64,000 nt of DNA, from the NCBI GenBank assembly GCA_951406725.2, contig OX597830.1:69192001-69256000 (forward strand), written 5' to 3'. The notes beneath the pieces are model-generated. The model did not search any database. It had not been told where the DNA came from and saw only the letters and a list, made by a program, of their open reading frames with translations. This document shows, piece by piece, positions 13,916-26,739 of this stretch. Made by a program: the position numbers and the translations under genes. The first letter of the stretch is position 1. Each line of letters opens with the position of its first letter. The stretch comes from Octopus vulgaris (taxonomy: Eukaryota).

Positions 13916-13989
13916 GTATAGAATTCTTCGTCTCTGAAAGAGAGAACAGTATAAATGGATTATAAAGATCACATCCGGAAATCATCAAA

Positions 13990-15190
13990 AAGCTCCAAAC
14001 AGGCAAAATAGAAGTGATAGTTATTGATAGAAAACAGCATGGAGATGGCAGAATATGATATAGAAGAGTAAGAGAGAAGACACTTTGCAGATTGTGAAAT
14101 AATACAAGGAAAGAAGAAAACAGGAGCAACAAGTGTTGAAAAGAGTTAGATGGTAAGCATTTCAGACGAAGGCAGGATGTTGCAGCAGATAAATCGTGAT
14201 TATGGTTGAATAATGGAGAGCTCAAAGAACAAATAGAAGGCCTCGTTGTGGTTGCTCAAATCCAGTCTTTACTATTCGTTACTCTCGTTGCTGTTATGCC
14301 GAAAAGAAAAAGAACAATTTTGACATTAACAAAGATGCAGCTCCCAAATAAAAGGCGGCTTAGAGCTGAATCTTCCCTTCAAAGACAGTCGCAGATTGCA
14401 GGGGGCTCTGCTGAAGTGAGGGCTGTGGCCATCGATGAGGGTTGCTTGAATAAAACAGATAGTAACAACGATTTCAATGCACTTGCACATGCATTTTGAA
14501 AGTTCTACCGATGTTTTACTTCCAGACATCGGTAATACTCCTTCAAGTTCACGCGCGTGTAGTGTTGTGAGTGAACAAGAACATAAACAAAGGCTTGCAA
14601 AGGCCAAAGCTACTGCTCGAGCTGCAGAGAGTGAATGTCATTAAAGCAAGAATAGACAGAACCATGGAAAGTGTTTAGTACAGAATGTGTAACGAAAATG
14701 GCGAGTCAATTCTGCAGATAATAAGTACTGGAGTTCCTTTTTCACAGAAAGAGTATAAATGCAGGCAGGATTACTTCAAAGAGGCTTTGGATTAAGGGGA
14801 GAATCATCGTACCAACAACGACCAGACAGTGTGATAGAGAATGAACAGTTTAAGGTATTATGGGAAAAGCTGATCCTGAAATTCAAGCAAGACGAACAAA
14901 TACTATCGTGCTAGATAAGGTTTCCAAAGAGTGTGTCATCCCAGGTGTGGTTGTGTCTGAATGTACCAGTTGTAAAAAGAAAAAAACGGAAGAGCAAAAA
15001 GAAAATGCCAAGATTTTCAATAATTCTGGAGAGTTTCTTCATAAGTTATCCCAGTAGTTATAGGCGCCCGAGGTACTGATACCAATAAACTTGGTTGTTT
15101 CTTGAATAATACGAAAATTGGATTAATACAGAAATCTGTTATATTAGAAATTGCAACGATTGCTCAAAAGGTCCTCAATACCAAATGAAC
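13990..15190 (+). mobile_element. Decayed R4/Dong-type LINE 3' part (REL endonuclease), interrupted
   Basis: WLNNGELKEQIEGLVVVAQIQSL and P.SVIENEQFKVLW...RR..IVLDK..KEC...VIGA.G motifs; a second fragment lies at ~15715-16085. Confidence 0.7.
14296..14660 (+). mobile_element. Helitron Rep/Hel N-terminal (STPR-like) coding fragment nested in the LINE
   Basis: MPKRKRT...RRLRAESSLQRQSQIA and EQEHKQRLAKAKATARAAES resemble the R..ES.EQRQ.RL repeats of Helitron N-termini. Confidence 0.45.
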
Positions 15191-15249
15191 AGTTCTGACC
15201 TGATATTCAAATGCAATATATTTGTGCATACCTTTAAATAAAGATAATG

Positions 15250-15700
15250 GTTTCTAATACGGGCACAAGGCCTGAAATTTGGGAGAACGGTGTAGTCAAT
15301 TTCATCGACCCCAGTGCTCAACTGACACTTATTTTCAACGACTCTGAAAGTATGAAAGCCAAAGTCAACCGCAGCAGAATTTGAACACAGAATGTAAAGA
15401 TGAGTGAAATACTGCTAAGCATTTTGTCCAGCATGCTAATGACTCTGCCAGCTTGCAGCCTTAGATAATGTACCCCCCAACCTACTAATTCAACACATAG
15501 CGATAATAAAAATTCTTTCTAATGTTCACACAAGACCATCAAGGAAAATAAGAGTTAGTATGATCGACTTCAGTACCTGACTAGTACTTTATTTTGTCAG
15601 CCCTGAAAATATGAAAAACAAAGTTGACTGTGACAAGATTTGAAATCAGAATATAAAAATCCGGAACAAAAGAGGCAAAATATTTTTTTTACATTATAAC
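15250..15700 (-). mobile_element. Two decayed tRNA-derived SINE copies
   Basis: atcgaccccagt..caactga.acttatttt...aaagtcaac...gaatttgaac.cagaa motif; same family at 16230-16400 (-), 29053-29185 (+) and 37179-37310 (+). Confidence 0.7.
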
Positions 15701-16399
15701 AATTTCATTGGTAGGAACTCTGTGGAACTCACGGCCTAAAACTAGCAAAGACGTAGTATGAGCAAATCCTAGAAATAAGACTGCAAGTCCTGTCGGATGC
15801 AATGATTCGGTGTAACCATCATATCAGACGTGAAAAACTTGACATTGTTGCGGTGAACAAAGAGGAAGAAGAAAGAAATTGAACAACTACGAGTGTTTTG
15901 GATACACGAAAGTTGTGGGTAATGAAAAGTGTGGACGTGATATCAATAGTAATTGGCGCCCTTGGCAGTATCAACACTCAACTACCAGCATGGCGCAAAG
16001 GGTTGCTACAAATATAAATATAAATACCCTCAAAAATCAGCACTGCTTGCAGCTGTAAGAGTTCTCCGCAGGGTTCTTGAAGCATGATCAGTAAACTAAT
16101 GTCACCAGAGTCTGCTTGCAGTGAACATCCGACACTTTCCATCATACCCAGCAAAATAAGCTGAGAGTTTTCATCAAATAATAGGACTATTATTTGATGT
16201 AAACTCTTAAATGGAATCTTGAGGGAGCAAACAAGTCGATAAAATCGACCCCAGAATTCACTGGGTTCTTATTTTATTTATCCCGAAAACGATGAAAGCA
16301 AAGTTGACCGTGGTGGTATTTGAAGCTGGAACATAAAGAGCGAGAAGAAATGCCAGTAAGGAGTAAGCGCCTGCCAGCACTCAAGCTGCCAAGCACCCT

Positions 16400-18480
16400 G
16401 CCTTAGTCTACGCTCCATCCAGGACTCCAGCTCAGTCAGGGGAACGATCTGTGGATCTAACAATCGGTAATCGCACATCCTTATCGTCAAGGAAATGTTG
16501 GACATGTCGCAGGCTCAGAGCGTGACTGCGCATCACTAGACATTGCATGATCGGTCCTCCACTCAGCGTATGTTGACACTGAATGAACTGTTTGACCAAT
16601 AGACCACATCCCTTCCGCAGAAAAAGAAAAACCACACGCTTCAATCTCATCAGCCATGAAGTGGAGCAAGGCACGAGAGTCTGGTGATAACATAAGCAAA
16701 GTAAGCCTTTCATGGACAGTTTCTTCACAGCCCATTTCTTACTGAAACTAGCCACCCCACAAGTCACGTCTCCCAGGTCTGTTCCACTTGGAGATTTGGA
16801 TCAAACCAAATCGTGAGCAATTTAACCGGTACAGTCGTCCACTGCCCCATGATGCTGTTGGACGGCATGGACCTGCTTCTCCAGGTACCCAGATGCAATC
16901 TCACCGACGTCTTCTGGTTAACTTTTGTTCCTGCCCCCGTCTCGCAGCTCCCCAGTGTAGTACCAATCAGCTCCGACATTATTTCACTGACAATTACCCG
17001 CTTCTGCAATCATGGATCTTTCATGCCAGAGTTCTGACGGGATGCCCCCAACCCATTTAACCCCCAAATTCAGAGGAAGTAACTGTTAGGACAGTACGTA
17101 CAGAAGAGAAAGGGAAGAGAGGTGTCATCCTTGACGGTCGGAGTGCTTGATACTAAACAGTACCGATAGGTGACTATTTAAAGTTACCACCAAGCAAATG
17201 ACACAATAAATTGTAATGATCTAGCTTCTGCAGACGAGCCCGAATCCAATTACTTAGTGGAATGCCACCAAGTATTAATGGTCAACTCTATCAAACGGTT
17301 CCAACTGATTTAAATTAACCAGAACCCCACCTATGCCAGGCTTTTTACCTAAATTTTCTGTGGTGCACCATGTGAGGTGGAGATTGTTATAGATAAATCT
17401 GTTTGCTATAGCACATTCAGTGCCTCACCTATCGGAGTATCGAGGACCAGTACCAACTTTTTCGATAATATTTTGGTCAAAATCTTCAAACCATCTCCCT
17501 TGTTCGGGTCCTTTCTCAGCAGCAACACTACACTTCTTTCCACAGAATTAGATATCCCCACGTTTATTGCCAGTTGCAATAGAAATCTGTCAAACAGTCC
17601 CTGAATAAGTCTGGCATATGACGATAAAGCTTGAAGGACAGACCATCAGTCCCCGGTGACTCCTCCATCGTCCAGCCCGATATTGTTTCCCGTATTTCAT
17701 CAGCTGATATCGGCTTTTTACAGAACTTCGCATTCCAGGCCAAGAGCCATGGCACACCATCGATGTAGGCAGTAAAGCTCATCTCCATCCATCGTCCACC
17801 ATCGACTAGCCACCCAAATAGTTGAGCGAAGTGTCACATCTGCTGTAGTAGAGCGTCACGCACCCTTCCAAATTCGCCAAAGGTCGAATTGTGGCCTTGT
17901 TGCTGCATTGAGCATCTTCCACCCTTATTCCTTCGATCGCATACTCTAGCTCTGAAAATTCAACCTTCGTGCTTAGTGTAGAAGAATAGATCAAGGGCCA
18001 GATGTGCTGCCAGAATGTGAGACATGCATTCAAGATGGCGTTGCAATTACACACTAGCACTAAAGATCGGGACGTTCCTAGGAAACCCTCGAAAGGCCTG
18101 AAGACATCCTGCTTCCTTTCCACAGTGAAGAACACACAGTTATCAGTCTAAAGGCACCACCTTCGCTACTGTTCACATCTACAACCAATAACATAGAGTC
18201 CAGGAAGACAAAACGCATCTCGAGAATCATGTCTGCCCAGGTCCACGAAAATTGAATGGATCTCTAGTCCCAGGTCTTTCCGAAATAATCCTGTCACTTC
18301 GCCACCCCACCACCCATTCCAGATTTAATAAGAAATGTGAAGATATTGAATCTGCTACAAACGGGTGCAAATTTGCGTGTATTCGAATTCCTAGTCTCGC
18401 TGATGATTATTACATCCAAACCTAGTAATTTGCGCTCATTAAGCAGGCAACCCCGTAAAATAATATTAAGCATTCATAAA
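16400..18480 (-). mobile_element. Decayed L1/Tx1-clade LINE (APE and RT remnants)
   Basis: CKKPISADEIRETI...ESPGTDGLSFKLYRHMPDLF; CETGAGTKVNQKTSVRLHLGTWR; endonuclease remnants near 18050-18460. Confidence 0.8.
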
Positions 18481-19949
18481 GATTGCTACAAAAATTTAAT
18501 TACAACACCGGACGTCAATAATGTGTTTGTGAATGTTTTTCATTCGGTCAGCCATTCATTTTGTTTGCAGGTTAACATTGTGTGCATGTTTTCCCTTTAC
18601 AATAATTCATTCTAAATTAATAAATATACTCTAAATTCATTCTAAATTAATAAAAACACTCTAAATAAACTGAAGAAAAAAGACCAAATAGTGGAAACTC
18701 ATTATTGCTTCTCTCTTGAATGAATTCATAAAACCTTTTCACATATTTAAAAAGCAAGAGAATTTCTAGTTCCAAGATACAAAGTTTGAGCAACATAGGA
18801 AAGTTGATGGTGATTTAAATATATACTGCATCTGATTTATGAAATTTATAAAGAAAATAAGAAGACTGGTTGCGAAACCTAGGAATGCTTGATGCATTTT
18901 GAAAGTAATGAGATACACCTTCTACTCATGTGAACTAAGTACAAGTTGCAAAGCCACATCAAGTGATGAATCCAAATGAACAGCAAATGAAAATTGAGGG
19001 ATAAAATAGAAAAAACTAGAGACATTTTCTTATTTATCATTTTAAATGATGTATTTAACCAAATGATCGTTTATTCGGAAACTGCTTGCTTTTTATCAAA
19101 ACCTTCCAAAAACTGCTTGCTTCAAATCTCATCACTGACGATATAATCATTCGAATTATTAAGTTGAGATCTTTCTGTATGTAAAATGAAGTTATTTAAG
19201 GGGCTAATTTCGTAGATGAAATAAATTAATACATAAAAGGGAAGAGAGGGAGAGAGAGAGAAAAAAGGAAAGCAAAGAATGGGTCAGATATAATTAAAAC
19301 TGAACAATTGGTAGAAGTCTGTCCGCATGAAATATCCTGAAAGTAGACCTTTTGCAAAATCTAAAACCTCTGAATGATATGGCTACATATGCTGCCACAT
19401 TCTTATGAGAGTATTGTGATACACACACACACACAATGTTTTTTACAATATTGCCGATGTATTATCCTTCACCAAACTTATGTAAAAATGGGCACATGCT
19501 CAAACAATGTGAGGGATGCCAAGAAGGGAGCGGGTAGGTGAGAGAAAGTATGAAAACAATAAGTGCATAAGACAACAACATGAAGACGGAAGTAGTGAGA
19601 GGAAGATGTTGTTGAAGGTCAAAAAAAAATCATTGATACTATGATTTAACATTTACCTGCATTATAATGAGGGTGGAGCGAAATAAAGGCAGTATTCCGA
19701 AATTAGTGATCATATTTCTATATTTCTATATGTATGAAATTCAGTAACCTGAGGTTCCGCTAAACAAAGGATGCCTGTATAAAGGGCGTGAGGTATTTTA
19801 AGCACTTACTTGTGTCTATTAACTTACAAGATTAGGAAAGGTATTATGTTAGAAAATCAAGCATTTATTATTAGTCGTGACCCCTGGATTAATGGGATTG
19901 ATATGAAGTTATTGAACCAAAAAACAAAAATTAGCGTGGGTGAGTCTGT

Positions 19950-20220
19950 GTAATGGCACATGGCCAAACGGTTAGGGTGCTGCTCCCGTAATCGTCTGTT
20001 CGATTTCCAGGCCGGGTGGTGTGCTGGGTTTTTGAGCTAAACGCTTCATTTCACGTTGTTCTGCAACCACTTAGACATCTCATTTGTGGCACACTAAGCA
20101 CCTGTACAGGTGATGTCGATTTGATGGAGAAAGTGAGCTAATGCGCAGCACGAACACGTGATCATAATTTTAAAAAATCATTTGTAGGTTGTTCAGAAAG
20201 GAAATACAGAACCGTCATTC
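19950..20220 (+). mobile_element. Old tRNA-derived SINE
   Basis: A-box-like tggccaaacggttag and B-box-like gttcgatttcc, followed by a SINE-type body. Confidence 0.55.
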
Positions 20221-20272
20221 TCGAAATCGTGACTATAATTAAAAAATATTTGAAAGAAATCGTTTTTTGGTT

Positions 20273-20455
20273 TCGTAAAGTATACTAGCCATCTCAATAT
20301 TGCTAACCACTAAGGGTGGGTGTTACTGTAGCTTTTAGCCCCAGGAGATCATCGTCTCCAACTGGCTTTAGGCAGACTTTCTGTGCCCTTTCTGTGCTAC
20401 AGTAACACCCACCCTTAGTGGTTAGCCATATTAAGATGACTAGTATACTTTACGA
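20273..20455. repeat. ~59-bp inverted repeat pair with ~65-bp spacer, next to a probable Penelope remnant
   Basis: tcgtaaagtatactag...taagggtgggtgttactgtagc / gctacagtaacacccacccttagtgg...ctagtatactttacga. Confidence 0.8.
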
Positions 20456-20869
20456 TGTCGAGCAGTTACTGTTTACATCTCATTCAGAGATTTATTATTG
20501 TTTTTTGGTTTTTTATCCAGAAATCTGCTTTCCATTGTTCTCCAACAAGTATAAATACAAAGCATTGGCGGGGGTTGGTCGTTTTCGCTTCCATAAGTTC
20601 TATGCCTATCGCTTTCTAGCAAGCACCTCTTCCTAACAGGCATACATGTTACCAAAGTGGCGAGAGCTTCATCATTGTCATTCTCCCTTTACCACCATTT
20701 AACAACCGACTACTACAGACAACCTTTGTATACCTAATCTAATGCGGAATTCAAAGAAAAATAAATCTGGCACGCAAGAACTTTCATCACCATGTTGATT
20801 CTTATGGTTTATATTACACTGTCTCACGGAGTTTGAACACTCTAACAGTATCATAACCTGTTACACACA

Positions 20870-21110
20870 CTCATACACACACACACACACGTCTTTGTGT
20901 CTATGTTTGTCCCCCACCACCACCGCTTGACAACCGGTGCTGATATGTTTATGTCCCCGTAAGTTAGCGGTTCGGCTGAAGAGGACGATAGAGTAAGTAT
21001 CAGGCTTTAAACAATAAGTGCTAGTGCCGCTATATTTGACTAAAAGTTCTTCAAGGCAGTGCCCCAGCATGGCCTCAGTCTATTGACTGAAGCAAATAAA
21101 AAAAATAGAA
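20870..21110 (+). mobile_element. 3' half of the abundant octopus-type tRNA SINE
   Basis: Reverse complement of the SINE body at 45255-45460. Confidence 0.8.
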
Positions 21111-21121
21111 AGTAAAAGAAC

Positions 21122-21152
<31 letters not shown>

Positions 21153-21161
21153 TAAACTGAC

Positions 21162-21253
<92 letters not shown>

Positions 21254-21259
21254 CCTGAG

Positions 21260-21610
21260 TATCTCATCCTACTCCAGCAGCGTCGTCTGCGTTGGCTCGG
21301 TTACGTGCATCGAATACCGGACGGAAGGATTCGAAAACCTTCTGTACCGGGAATTGCCCACCGGTACAAGAGCACGAGAATGACTTCACCTTCGGTTCAA
21401 GGACGTCTTCAAGGACGTTATGAAGTCGCTTGATCTGGATGTCCTGAGATGAGAGGAGGTTGCAAATGATCGTCCATACTGAAGTAAATGTCGAAAAGGC
21501 CTCTGGAAGATTTTGTTCTGTGGTATGGCTCGGCAGGTGTCCCAGGGCACCACAGTCTGGGTCCAGTAGTCATATAGGCGAGGGGAAGTGTAACAGAAAC
21601 TCGCAACCAA
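21260..21610 (+). mobile_element. RTE (BovB-like) LINE 3' fragment
   Basis: SLLQQRRLRWLGYVHRIPDGRI...LRFKDVFKDVMKSLDLD motifs. Confidence 0.85.
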
Positions 21611-21681
21611 AGAAAAACGCACTCGACGGATGCCTACTCCTCCTCCCCTTCCACCACCTCCTCCGCCGCCGCCTCCTCTTC

Positions 21682-21738
<57 letters not shown>

Positions 21739-21775
21739 TTGTTACCACTTCTACTGCTACTATATATATATATAT

Positions 21776-21849
<74 letters not shown>

Positions 21850-22558
21850 TTATATTTATATATAATAACAACTGATGGATAAAGGTTCACTACAGCTGTT
21901 TGTAATGTGTTTTTATTGAGGAACAGAACTGTAACATCATGCAAAAGAAAAACCCGTTTTCATCAGGTGAAATGGGTCAAAATTAACAATTACAGTTTCT
22001 CATGAAAATTAACATAGAGGCATGTGACTCGACGATTCCAATGTCGATCATAGTGGGAAAGGACTGAGATAGTATTAAGCTTATGGTTAGGAGATCGTTT
22101 CGTGACTGGAAAGAGAAAGAAAGAAGAAGAAAAGAGGAATACAGGAGAATAAAGGATGGAAGGATGAGAGAAAGACTAATGCGAGGGAGAAAAAGAAGAT
22201 AATGCATTATCCTTCTATCCTTTGAAGCTTATAAATAAAATTATCTTAGTTTTAGTAGAGTTGAGAGAAGAACGAAGACGCACGCACATTTCGATAGATA
22301 CCTTATATATTTGTTATATTTCTGTAACTTTTTATAATTTATAACCCTATTACCATTTATATTTCATATGTATTGTAGAAAACTCATATATTTCATATTC
22401 TACATCACATACCAAATCGTATATTTCTAGAATAAATATGAATGTGTATATGTGTATATCTCTATCTAGGGTCTGAAGAAGCGCTATAAAACTAAGCACT
22501 TCATGGACATGAAACCCAGAGTAACCCCATATAGCAGCCATATCTAAATTATCTCTCC

Positions 22559-22622
<64 letters not shown>

Positions 22623-23671
22623 CGAGAGAGAGAGAGAGAGTGTGTGTGTGGTTGTATACTGTCAACATAATGTGACAGTCCCGGATGGGAATTACAGCAC
22701 CGCTGTTTAGCCCTAGGAAGCATCGAACGCTTCCTGTCGGCTTTGACACATTTCCTGTGTCCTTATATTTGTGAAGGGGAGGCAAGCACCCCCACCAGCC
22801 AAGATTCACACCTGGGGACATGGATGTATATAAATATATATATATACACGTGCACACACACAAATACACATACATATGTATATATATATCTTCTACACTC
22901 AACAAAACGTTGAAATAAAAGGATTAAATAGAAAGCTTTAAAAACACCTGAAACACGTAAATATGCCTGTTAGCTTATATACACTAACGCATCACACTAA
23001 CATATTGAGATATATCCGGCTTTATGTTTCCTCTGTTACAATTGTTATTGCATGTACTTGATGTGGCAGTAAGTCCATTCTCAAATGCTATTCATAATAC
23101 ATGTTAGTGGTAGCGGTTGAAGTAATATAAGAGGTGTTAGCAATAGCAGTAGTTGTGGTGGTGGCGGCGATACTCCTTGTTGTTTAACTCCAGGTTAAAC
23201 TTAAATCAAGTAGATCTATGATCAAAAGCATTCCAGCTATAATCATCTTTCCCCTTTTTAGGGTCATATCTAACACTATATTATCTACCTGTAATATGTA
23301 CTTCTTTTTTGTTATAGATTGGGTATGATTTGGAAGAAATTTAGCTGCTATTTCTAGAGTCTCTCTTTTTAGCATGAGTTGTCACTGTAGTTATCATTGT
23401 TGTTAGCTCATATCAAACCTATTTGAATAGAGCCGTGAGCAGAGGCAGTTCAGCCATGACCAGCCCATTCTTTATAGAAATAGGAATATTCTTTTACTTT
23501 CATCAGTCATAGATCTGTGATCTTGCTGGGGTCTCTGCCTCAAAGAGTTTAGGTATTTGAATTGACTTCAGTGATTATTTTAAAGTCAGATTCTTTTCCT
23601 GTTGGTTTCTTTTGCCAAAGTGCTATTTCATGGCGACAAAGACAATCCAATACTCATTGTCAAGCAGTGAT

Positions 23672-23743
<72 letters not shown>

Positions 23744-23775
23744 TATTCACCCACAGCAATGAGTGAATGATATTC

Positions 23776-23972
23776 TTAACCATTTAGCATTTAAACTGGC
23801 TGTATCTGGTTGAAATATTCTACCTGCTTCATGTTAAAACTGGCAAGGTACGGCCTCTCACACCTGCTCTACAATGTCATTATAAAAATATACAATTGCA
23901 TCAAAATCTCCAAAACAATATTAATAAATAAGCATAACAGTTAATAAAATAATTTGAATGCCAAAGGGCTGA
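23776..23972. mobile_element. piggyBac-type MITE (decayed)
   Basis: TTAA-ccatttagcatttaaa ... tttgaatgccaaaggg imperfect TIRs; the right TTAA is degraded. Confidence 0.55.
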
Positions 23973-24417
23973 AAGACAATTTAGTATAATTAAACTTCCC
24001 TAAAAGTTCCAAATGAAGCGAGTCTAATACTAAAAAACAATCTTTAAACATTTTGCATGGAAAAAAATCTTTTGAGGTAAATATATTGATGACTTGGAGA
24101 GAGAATAAGGGTGAAATTCGTATTTAAGCATATCTCATTTATTTCCGAAAAAGCAATTAGTATGATTTAATTTTAATGAAGAGGAATCTAATACAGAATA
24201 TCGTTTCAAATTGGTACAGTCATTAAGAAAAAAGTAAAGAAGTAAAAAGTGCTCAGACTTGAGGGTGAACTATAGCTATGCCTTTTTCTATCTATTTATA
24301 GACAAGCAGACTGTGAATGATACTTTTAAGGTTAATATACTTTTTCACAATTACTTCTATGAACTCTACCTAATTCAGTTTTCTACCAAATTATATGTAG
24401 TTAAGTTCATTATATGA

Positions 24418-24448
<31 letters not shown>

Positions 24449-24734
24449 CAGATGTATACAAAACAATTCAGAAGAATCTGAGTAAAGTAGTTTTGGGTTC
24501 ATCATCATCATCATTTAACATCCATGTTCCATGCTGGCATGAGTTGGTTATGGTAATTAGACAGAACGTAAGAAGTAGAAAGTTTACATTCTCAGGTATA
24601 ATGACTCAACAATAGATAATGCACATTTCTATGTATTAATCATTTCAAGCAGTTATATTTTATATATGTACAAGTGAATTAATCATATTAATGACATCTC
24701 TCCTTCTTGCGTTATCTCCCACATCACTTTCCCA

Positions 24735-25164
24735 GTTTTCAGAGTTGGCACTATAAATGTAGGCACATTGAAAAGCCGGTCTAGCGAGATTGCAGAGGTG
24801 CTTGAACAGAGACGTGTTGATGTATGTTGCGTACAAGAGTTAAGATAGAGAGGAGATTCAGCCAGTCCTCACAGGCAAAGAACATAGGTATAAACTCTTC
24901 TGGAAAGGTAATAGTGACTGAATAAGGGATGTAGGCATACTTCTTGCAGAAACATAGGTGGATAAGGCCGTAGATGTAGCGAGGGTGTACGAGAGAATAC
25001 TTAAACTCAGACTAGTCTTGCAGGATGGTATAGCTACAATTATCTCCGCCTATCCCCACAAGCGGGCCTACCAAATGAACAGAATTATCTCTTTTATGAT
25101 ATTCTTCTGCATGCTACCTCAAAGACGAATGATATTGATCTCATCTTTGTAGCTGGAGAATTTA
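24735..25164 (+). mobile_element. RTE-clade LINE APE endonuclease fragment (copy at 32040-32440)
   Basis: VGTINVGTLK...VDVCCVQE.R.RG...YKLFWKGN...VGILL...IISAY...FVAGEFN. Confidence 0.85.
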
Positions 25165-25630
25165 ATGTTAACGGTTCCTCATGAAGATAATATGGACGCC
25201 GCACGGGCTCGAAAATTTAACTGTTATGTAAACCTCCTCGAGGAATGTGAAGACGCAGGCTGGAAAGCGGAACATTTTCCAATCGAAGTTGGATGTAGAG
25301 GGTTCGTTGGATACAGTGTGAGACGACTGTTGTTATCGCTAGGCCTAACCCATCGTAAACTCAATACCACCATGACCGATATCCAATCTACAGTGGAGAA
25401 GACTAGCCATTGGATTTGGTTAAAAATAGACGATGAGCGATGGCTAAAAGGATATTGAGCTTAATTTGATAACCAGCTGATCTAGCAATTGGGGCTTCAT
25501 ATCAGTGAGGTGGGGGGGTGCGCATTGATTACGTCGAGAAGTAGGCCCCGAAACGGCGTGCATTCTCTCCTGATGACCCCACACACTTGCTGGCTTCCGG
25601 TATACAGAGCTTTTGACTGGTAGCACTTGC
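25165..25630 (+). mobile_element. Hero (R2-group) retrotransposon 3' end, REL endonuclease C-terminus plus 3' UTR (copy at 32441-32905)
   Basis: LTVPHEDNMDAARARK...Y.NL.EEC..AGW....FPIEVGCRGF...SHWIWLK. Confidence 0.85.
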
Positions 25631-25781
25631 ATGTGCAAGTTGTTTGCAAGACATGTGTGGGTGATTATCACTGTTTGCATATGTGTATGTATGTATGTAT
25701 GTATGTATGTATGTTTTCAAGCAAGCATGTATGTATGTGTGTATGTGTGTATGTATGTATGTATGTATGTATGTATGTATG

Positions 25782-25814
<33 letters not shown>

Positions 25815-26739
25815 TATTTTGACATTTTGAAAAAGAACGTCTGAATCATATTTTGTTTAAATGTAAAAATACAAACATATAAAATGAATTTCGAAAATGT
25901 TCAAAAGTGAAGATTTTGTGGTGTAGTTGGATGAAAAGTTAATAAAAACAATATTGTTTTTAAAATATCGGAATAGTGTCGAAACTACAGGGAGAAACTA
26001 TAAATTATAGATTTTTAAAAGGAATTGATTAACATTCTAAGAGTTCACAGATAACGAAGCATGTGTTACATCATTTCTGCAAAAGTTCGAAAGCATTTGA
26101 TCAGGGATCAGAAAATTAGCCAAAGGTTTGAGGATAAACAAAATAATCATAAAACAGATACATACGATTGCCAACTTTCAAGTCACTTCATCAAAGCCAA
26201 ACTGTTCAATTCAGTTTCTTTAAGTAGAATGATGCGGTCTTAACCTCACACCCACACATTCAATAGTGAAGCGCATTGAAGTATAACAGAGGTCATACTG
26301 ATTATAAAGAAAAACGGTAACCTTAAACCGAAAGTCAAATCTATTTATCAGGAGGCCGTGACAGCTGCAATTTGCCACTCCTATATAAGATCATACAATG
26401 CATTCTAATCGTGACAAAACTTAAGAATACACTAACATGACAGGTCAAATGACAAAATTTGTATACTTACGTAATCCAATATACATTCATGTAGACATCC
26501 ATCCGTACGTCCATCCATTCATCCGTTCATATATACATACATACATATATACATACATACACACATACATACATATATACATGCATACACACATACATAA
26601 ACACATGCTTATATACATAGATACATAAATTTATGGATACATATGCATATATAAATACATGAATGCATACGTATATATATATATACGTACATGCTTATAT
26701 ACATACATACATGCATACATACAGACATACATGCATAAT

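Noticed and set aside
25545-25585. GAAA...CTGATGA as a type II hammerhead
   Set aside because: The stem II flanks (gcccc / cccc) cannot pair; it is ordinary Hero 3' UTR.
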